This document shows positions 7,601 to 11,088 of a stretch of 11,088 nucleotides of DNA, piece by piece. Location of the stretch: contig CAZMGA010000019.1 of the NCBI GenBank assembly GCA_964565725.1, positions 1-11,088 of the forward strand, read 5' to 3'. Position numbers and translations under genes: made by a program. A model generated the notes under the pieces. It made no database searches and was not told the DNA's origin. It worked only from the letters and a program-made list of their open reading frames with translations. Each line of letters opens with the position of its first letter. Positions within the stretch are counted from its first letter, which is position 1. This DNA comes from an uncultured archaeon (GTDB taxonomy: Archaea; Iainarchaeota; Iainarchaeia; Iainarchaeales; 0-14-0-20-30-16).

Positions 7601-10410
7601 ATTACAGCATTATCTGAACTTACAAGATTTATTTTAGCATTAGAAATTTTGTTAGAACTATCAGAAATATCAAAAATAATTTGTTGACCTATATTGAAAG
7701 TATTTGCATTTAATTTTACTGTTAAAGGTTTTTGATTTTCAATATTAAAATTAAATTCTTTATTCATATTTAGTTCTTTAGAACTCATCAATATATTTCC
7801 TACACCCACATCATTAGTTCTAAAATATAATCTATATTTTTTATGTTCTCCTTTTAAGATTGACAAAGGAATATTCAAAGTGTTAAAGTTTAAATCTAAT
7901 GGTGAAAAATTAACTACATCATTACTAATATTATTTAATAATAATTTGTTAGTATTGTTATTTGTATTAAAATCAATATTAACATTTAAAGTTTCCAAAG
8001 CATAAAAATCAAAATCTAAAGCGTAAGTTTCATTTTTTATTGCTGAAAATGAATCATATTTTTTAAAACTATCAGAATATGAATAAGAATAACATAAATT
8101 TTGATTACAAGCAAACAAATCAGAAAAAACATTTATTGTTTCTTTTTTTGTTAAAGAATATAATCTTAACAATTTATTAGAATTTATTTCTGTATTTGGT
8201 TCACTATGATAAAGACCATCAAAAGAATTTACTCTATAATCTATATTGATATTTTCTAAATCTTTTGCATCATCTAATTTAATTTTTACTTTAATTTCAC
8301 TTAAACCTTTAGGATTATTAAAATACAAATTAACCCATTTATTTTTTATCCCGGGTCTTCCAAAAACTTTCAAATCTTTTACATTTGATTCTGTTGAATT
8401 TGGATTATAATGTAAACCATATTCTTTTATAGAATTAGATGAAATTACAGAATTAATACTATAAGGCAAGGAAATTATAGGAGTATCTTCTCCAACTCTA
8501 ATATGTACTTCCCCTTTATCTTGATTTCCAGGCCAAATTACAGTAAATTTTAAAAAATAATAATTACCTAATTTAACTCCATTAAGTTGATTTCCTTCTA
8601 AATCATAAACACCATCAAAACTTATTTTTGGATTTTTAGAACGTTCAAATTCATTTAATAAAACTTCCATTTCTTTTTCAACAGTCATTATTTTAGAATA
8701 AGATTCGTCATCATAAATTACATTTATTTCTACTTCTTTTGAACCGTTAGGATAAAATTCTATATTTCCTTCTAAAGTATTTCCATCAAATAATTTTGTA
8801 TTTCCTGACAATATTTGAACTTGTGCATTTTTTAATGGGTCTCCCAAAACATCATAAAAATAAACTTTACTCACATCTTCATTAGGAGTCATAACTAAAG
8901 AATAATTAGTTTCACCAGCGTTTAAGTCTAAATAATCTGACCCATATAATTTTTCACTTTGTGCACTAACCAATATTTTTTTATTAGCTTCTAAATTAAA
9001 AAATAAAGCGCCAGAAATAGATGTTTGTGTTTTTGTTAAATAAATAGGCAATGGAACATCATCTTCCATATAATATGCACTCACTTGAGATTGTACTGGT
9101 TTATTATCTATATCTACAGTAAATAATTGTAATCTTGCAATATTGTTAGGAGCCATTTTAGTTAAAACAATTGTTAATTGTTCTGTATTTGGGGTAATAG
9201 TTTTTACAGATGGAAAATAATTTCCAAATTCAGCAGTAGAAACATAACCACTTCTTTTTACATCTAAACCATTAAAATCTACAATTCCAAAAGCGTTAGT
9301 TATTTGTGTTGAAATTAATAACCCATTATCAGAATATAATGCAACATTTACACCTACTAATTCTTTATCTGTTTCATCTTTAACAATAACTTTTAAAGAG
9401 GTCCCACCAATACTTAAATTAATATTTATTGATTCTGCATCAGAAGTTAATTTTAAATTTCTACCATAATCTTCTGAATCCCATGTGATATATCCAGTTT
9501 TACTAACAACATATCTTACTATTGTTCCTTTCGGTATATTTTCTAATGCTTTTCCTTCATTATCAGTATAAATTTCAGAAAGTTTTTGTTGTGTTTTTGA
9601 ATTATATATTGTTATTAGCACATCTTTCAAAGGTTGATTATTAGAAGAAATATTAAAATTAATTGTTCCGGATTCTCCATTAGAAATTTCTTTTGGTTCT
9701 AAACCTAAATCTTTTAAGCCATTACCCGAAACACTTATTTGGTCATATAAATGATATCCATCTTTACTGATTATTACTTTTAAAGGTTGATTTAAAGGCA
9801 CATCTGTTAAATTTACATTACCAGATTCATCAGAAACACCAGAAAATAATAATGTGCCATCATCAGAAAAAATATTTATATCCGCATTAGGTACAAAGGT
9901 ATTATCTTTATTATCTAATAATCTAAAAGTCATTGAACCAGTTTCCAAATCTTTGCTTAAAACAAAAATTTGAGTTAGTTCTTTTGAAGAAATAACTATT
10001 TCTTCAGGTCCTACTAAATAATAATCTTCTAAATAAACATTAACTGTTAAAACATTTCCAATTTTTGTTTTAAATTTTATATTTTCAGAGCTCACTATTC
10101 CATTATAAACTACTTCTTCGCCAGATTTTAAAGTCAAAGTTATATTTGAAAGGGGATTTTGATCTTCATCTACAAAACTTAAAGACATATTTATTGTGCT
10201 ATTTACTGAGAAAAATAAAATTAAAAGAACGATTGCTACAATTAAAATTAAAATTATTAAATTAAACCACATTGGTGGAATTCCATGATTTTCTAAAAAA
10301 TCATTATATCTGTCAATAGGCAATCCTTTTTCTGATAAAAAGTCGCTCATAGCGTAATATTTTTCTTCTAATTTCGAATTAATATTTCTAAAAAAATCTC
10401 CAATCCCCAT
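1666..10410 (-). CDS. Giant membrane-anchored surface protein with Ig-like repeats, C-terminal SLT-like lytic transglycosylase and amidase_2/PGRP-like N-acetylmuramoyl-L-alanine amidase domains
   Basis: Uninterrupted 2914-aa frame, ATG at 10410-10408, TGA at 1668-1666. Domain motifs are described in the subfeatures. AGAAAGGTG lies 7 nt upstream of the ATG. Confidence 0.93.
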   Translation of the reverse strand: MGIGDFFRNINSKLEEKYYAMSDFLSEKGLPIDRYNDFLENHGIPPMWFNLIILILIVAIVLLILFFSVNSTINMSLSFVDEDQNPLSNITLTLKSGEEVVYNGIVSSENIKFKTKIGNVLTVNVYLEDYYLVGPEEIVISSKELTQIFVLSKDLETGSMTFRLLDNKDNTFVPNADINIFSDDGTLLFSGVSDESGNVNLTDVPLNQPLKVIISKDGYHLYDQISVSGNGLKDLGLEPKEISNGESGTINFNISSNNQPLKDVLITIYNSKTQQKLSEIYTDNEGKALENIPKGTIVRYVVSKTGYITWDSEDYGRNLKLTSDAESININLSIGGTSLKVIVKDETDKELVGVNVALYSDNGLLISTQITNAFGIVDFNGLDVKRSGYVSTAEFGNYFPSVKTITPNTEQLTIVLTKMAPNNIARLQLFTVDIDNKPVQSQVSAYYMEDDVPLPIYLTKTQTSISGALFFNLEANKKILVSAQSEKLYGSDYLDLNAGETNYSLVMTPNEDVSKVYFYDVLGDPLKNAQVQILSGNTKLFDGNTLEGNIEFYPNGSKEVEINVIYDDESYSKIMTVEKEMEVLLNEFERSKNPKISFDGVYDLEGNQLNGVKLGNYYFLKFTVIWPGNQDKGEVHIRVGEDTPIISLPYSINSVISSNSIKEYGLHYNPNSTESNVKDLKVFGRPGIKNKWVNLYFNNPKGLSEIKVKIKLDDAKDLENINIDYRVNSFDGLYHSEPNTEINSNKLLRLYSLTKKETINVFSDLFACNQNLCYSYSYSDSFKKYDSFSAIKNETYALDFDFYALETLNVNIDFNTNNNTNKLLLNNISNDVVNFSPLDLNFNTLNIPLSILKGEHKKYRLYFRTNDVGVGNILMSSKELNMNKEFNFNIENQKPLTVKLNANTFNIGQQIIFDISDSSNKISNAKINLVSSDNAVIQYIEGNNTNNLGLNGKYVINELPSGIYNYKVSATGHNSTSGQFLITRTGVFDVDTEIEIKIPVGMKTRSYEIPFKNISKFNLKNIGLEIMRDDATNFNIDYRISTTNLMSSKTSKIIVNVSYDENDLAYGDQDIALTGIIDGGEIVRQVIHINYVANSNLDASCLAINPSKLPLILYDGVNQKVAGEIQIQNNCEVDISNLNPELVLRSNVNLAEIIDLQIPTTSIKKGDTKLVKYTFSLKSLISSNVNVEAFINFNTEYFQKQLPVTLNLVHSFGDLIISVSPSQLHNITTGQLNSVVLSIFNNGTTNLKNITISAQQYNNYIDQTMTSGNAMGLSNIGNSTVSNFYNPDSFILGNDYPFTNWDGTTQIKKTNVAMKILPRPTNLQILGPQQRMNSIISFGVEGLSFDSAFAEYVLVVKGTSVADNSQIVKYVPLFAQISSSTCVEFYANGTQNILKFKSTKLNINATTSNIVVINNCAESVRLNLPSVKNVSTQNILTLSSNNLVLTPGQRTEIKSVVAVKEKQDDSSVIDVFARGLSTNKTYAKKINYEFKFGDSAVSSSQEPTTKKTIKDCDTSEDTSLLYPKVAKSMDCSNAYCDGKLASEFISQKVNGYVKEYKNKLAVNSKDIKTCAESKCEFGNIGVEDSTFVVYLMEDNLSNEYFNNVLLEKIKTNLKTVNILPNNYSFENMKSTSNYNVLFIEPNFKGCGKYTVTLNGFFNVVDNIAQSDNYSIIVKFEKENTEECKRTVNNAALFLPLDTTILADSAFGFKPAFVYYDTKYTFKPLSDFVSKELFGTERVLDDRDNTLFLTKGDVGKNLIKLKFDNNNVVVVINENFNLEQDKDKKDLVNVIKSALQGNFTGCYNAKNNEFEVVSPSDSTTGQYELKGCNVLNVDYGDIDCTFTISGTKTGYGSFSFYPAQMEGYSAKIIDSIGNEVNDVSFVNASTKEYVLRVNFTDPNKAISYSENLPLKIIFTPTNGEEKQLIVKFKPCGVSPEAYLGGILNSDLSNKNYSALIYWEGEKEGINSCEVLNKLAQNKNISFSGKVSNNYCAANNTKAVVETLNKGLGLRVGVSSGVSAGVCMLAELAFKGKAMSPALWVEAGIECGVIVGSFAGSTLYANHRLNVYAGNSSRNALDKVHDSLNDFILTDWMFEDYEDSADAQKALKDSTDISYLNELEAAATGATVNAGVRGAEVGYTSVKNLANGTYSQNKLADEFIDMFVKKLSDPANKDIINNVTSKNELLKKFYNTDPKFAEVINKHNKQYKSSLDDLIKIIDEKINLTNKDTWDRIGNPKTITTPGTASTPDPSDVKRINEINKELTTKLGPKKGQLTNQIKACMGKTPPCPNLKQLNDDFLKIDTEIKKIQAERDVLKLKIKNLPNTPPATVVDDIDDDALKALIKDVESKTLTRTKIWNFAKGMLRGAVAGVLADLAYKGTSKLMTKESFNSAKSIEFILPDNFVRNHYYTMILTVDPNNENKYIGTVKELESNKILQNFCNTENITKGYISDGLIDNSGANTLAPIPTSTSSSNSTNATQPLIGCTHYKDLFIKYGDILKQKTNGKMDAKNLIAQTYKESRFNPMIVSQSYAVGLGQLKPETFCDLTKNIIKGKYSEFSSVFNFNSDDFKELNIKNFNELYDLTCNTGKMYQKEGGLLYDGKGILNKDPRTKAELSIMYQASLLYSIYTNKKDLELTVKSYVVGPGCVDSSGNIPDTNKCKGNQSKNQSIDLYWTEYLNYLNNESEKCLSYSALPKPITTKLGPELSKNLISIDSVMPLQTNYIKVNTKYFDDKRIAKNTTKRAAYGFVVLHDGGWEKSTYTDDVAVNNCIHDWDARKTSSHYYIGCSGEIFKLVSEDYGANHAGCKTNDKSCKDILINTLSIAIDLRHCINFGGYPYTLKQHESLKKLLKDIKDRGLIKDISDTAVIAHFELAAKGDPRSGFDWGYIGLSDHRTLKNNSPFILAYNNDLKSTGLS
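1700..2215 (-). other. Amidase_2 / PGRP / AmpD-like Zn amidase domain (within the giant CDS)
   Basis: YGFVVLHDGGW (Zn His H2750), SSHYYIGCSGEIFKLVSEDYGANHAG, LSIAIDLRH, VIAHFELAAKGDPRSGFDW (Zn His H2868, Zn Asp D2876). Order and spacing match the amidase_2/T7-lysozyme-like fold. Confidence 0.85.
2350..2965 (-). other. SLT-like (goose-lysozyme fold) lytic transglycosylase domain (within the giant CDS)
   Basis: NLIAQTYKESRFNP (candidate catalytic E2517), SYAVGLGQLKPETF (cf. canonical A-x-GLMQLMPxT), and LTVKSYVVGPGCV (cf. canonical AYNAGPGxV). Confidence 0.78.
2966..3080 (-). other. Low-complexity Ser/Thr/Asn/Pro linker preceding the hydrolase domains
   Basis: DNSGANTLAPIPTSTSSSNSTNATQPLIGC, typical interdomain linker composition of secreted enzymes. 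Confidence 0.55.
3270..3335 (-). other. Gly/Ala-rich hydrophobic segment in the giant protein
   Basis: GMLRGAVAGVLADLAYKG. Confidence 0.4.
3440..3670 (-). other. Probable coiled-coil / helical region in the giant protein
   Basis: RINEINKELTTKLGPKKGQLTNQIKAC...LKQLNDDFLKIDTEIKKIQAERDVLKLKIKNL: charged heptad-like pattern interrupted by a CMGKTPPCPN turn. Confidence 0.5.
4225..4400 (-). other. Long Gly/Ala/Val-rich hydrophobic region, possible TM hairpin or buried helices
   Basis: GLGLRVGVSSGVSAGVCMLAELAFKGKAMSPALWVEAGIECGVIVGSFAGSTLYANH. Confidence 0.45.
8680..10200 (-). other. Tandem Ig-like / carboxypeptidase-regulatory-like beta-sandwich repeats of the giant protein
   Basis: Recurring pattern: duplication of 'V.D..(n)PL..v.ittl.s.dg..l....Td.eG.v.f..v..g....v.v...gY', e.g. 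SFVDEDQNPLSNITLTL, RLLDNKDNTFVPNADINIFSDDGTLLFSGVSDESGNVNLTDVPL, NISSNNQPLKDVLITIYNSKT..TDNEGKALENIPKG, VIVKDETDKELVGVNVALYSDNG..TNAFGIVDFNGL, YFYDVLGDPLKNAQVQIL. Confidence 0.7.
10204..10269 (-). other. Single N-terminal transmembrane helix of the giant protein
   Basis: WFNLIILILIVAIVLLILFFSV at residues 48-69, preceded by a 47-aa charged N-terminal stub. Confidence 0.88.
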
Positions 10411-10417
10411 AAATATG

Positions 10418-10457
10418 CACCTTTCTAAATAATATTATATATATAAACATTTATAAA
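10418..10457 (-). promoter_or_regulatory. Possible promoter and ribosome-binding site for the giant gene (TATA-like TTTATAA / TTTATATATATA and AGAAAGGTG)
   Basis: Minus-strand sequence before the ATG reads GTTTTTATAAATGTTTATATATATAATATTATTTAGAAAGGTGCATATTTATG. GGTG sits 7 nt from the ATG; TATA-like boxes lie further upstream in the 51-bp gap after the cls stop. The AT-rich background weakens the TATA call. Confidence 0.35.
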
Positions 10458-10461
10458 AACA

Positions 10462-11088
10462 TTACAATAAAGGAGACAATAACCTAGCAAATGATTGCTT
10501 AAATTTAGTAAAAAAACTTTGTTTTCTCAAATCTACAATTTTTTGTTCTATTGTTTCATTTAAATCGTTTAAATAAATTTTTGTACAATTATCAGAAAAT
10601 TTTGAATTAAAAACAAAAGCTGTAACTTCAAAATCTAAATCTAAACTTCTAGAATCTAAATTTGTAGAACCTATAGCAACTACATCATCAGAAATAACTA
10701 ACTTATTGTGTAAAAAACCTTTTTGATATAAATAAATTTTAATTCCTGAAGACATTAACTCACTAAAATAAGTTTTAGTAGCCAAATCTACCCACAAACT
10801 ATCTGATTTTTGAGGCAAAATAATTTTTACATCTACGCCTTTCAAAGATGCAGATTTTAATGCAAACAACAAAGTTTCATCGGGTATAAAATAAGGTGTT
10901 TGAATATACAACTTTTTTTCTGAATTAGTAATTAACGAAAATAAAACAAATTTATTATTTGACCATTTTAAATCTGGCCCAGATGGAGTAATGTGAATTA
11001 CTGAATCTCCAAAATTATTTATTTTTGGATATAACTCTTTTGAATATATATTTTCCTTTTTAACAAAAGCCCAATCTTTAACAAATAT
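10462..11088 (-). CDS. cls: Cardiolipin synthase (phospholipase D superfamily), C-terminal part; 5' end outside window
   Basis: The frame stays open past the track's TTG start to the window end, translating upstream as IFVKDWAFVKKENIYSKELYPKINNFGDSVIHITPSGPDLKWSNNKFVLFSLITNSEKKLYIQTPYFIPDE... It contains the second HKD motif, FLHNKLVISDDVVAIGSTNLDSRSLDLDFE, and the typical family terminus RLLSPLL. Confidence 0.93.
   Translation of the reverse strand: MFVKDWAFVKKENIYSKELYPKINNFGDSVIHITPSGPDLKWSNNKFVLFSLITNSEKKLYIQTPYFIPDETLLFALKSASLKGVDVKIILPQKSDSLWVDLATKTYFSELMSSGIKIYLYQKGFLHNKLVISDDVVAIGSTNLDSRSLDLDFEVTAFVFNSKFSDNCTKIYLNDLNETIEQKIVDLRKQSFFTKFKQSFARLLSPLL

Noticed and set aside
1666-10410. 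Phage tape-measure protein interpretation (giant ORF with SLT domain and hydrophobic segments)
   Set aside because: N-terminal single TM plus Ig-like stalk, terminal amidase_2 domain, neighbouring cls and SGNH genes and absence of other structural phage genes argue against it, although only flanking sequence could exclude it fully.
10431-10461. TA-rich palindromic stretch as a terminator or regulatory hairpin
   Set aside because: Alternating TA sequence is self-complementary but short with no GC stem; more simply explained as TATA-like or background.
1-11088. CRISPR array, tRNA/rRNA, transposon ends or direct-repeat array at DNA level
   Set aside because: No regularly spaced repeats, conserved RNA genes, transposase or terminal inverted repeats were seen; repeated AT-rich words reflect base composition and protein-level repeats.

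Overview
AT-rich window (GC roughly 25-30% by eye) from an unidentified prokaryote, dominated by one very large minus-strand ORF (1666..10410, 2914 aa). It encodes a predicted N-terminally membrane-anchored giant surface protein: a short cytosolic stub, one TM helix, several Ig/carboxypeptidase-regulatory-like beta repeats, a long unassigned Cys-containing ectodomain, two Gly/Ala-rich hydrophobic stretches, and at the C-terminus an SLT-like lytic transglycosylase domain followed by an amidase_2/PGRP-like N-acetylmuramoyl-L-alanine amidase domain. Downstream and overlapping or abutting it is a secreted protein with a C-terminal SGNH/GDSL hydrolase domain (125..1660/1669, minus). Upstream, on the same strand, is the C-terminal part of a bacterial-type cardiolipin synthase (10462 to beyond the window end). 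A convergent plus-strand gene ends at 124, with its stop codon directly abutting the SGNH stop codon. The most interesting hypothesis is a surface-tethered murein-attack module: a glycan-strand lyase and a stem-peptide amidase on one giant anchored chain, plus a co-encoded secreted SGNH esterase/deacylase. Protein style (Asn-rich, Ig-like ectodomain, TATA-like and GGTG elements) weakly suggests a DPANN-type archaeon. If so, cell-wall hydrolases would point at another organism's wall, but taxonomy cannot be settled from this window.
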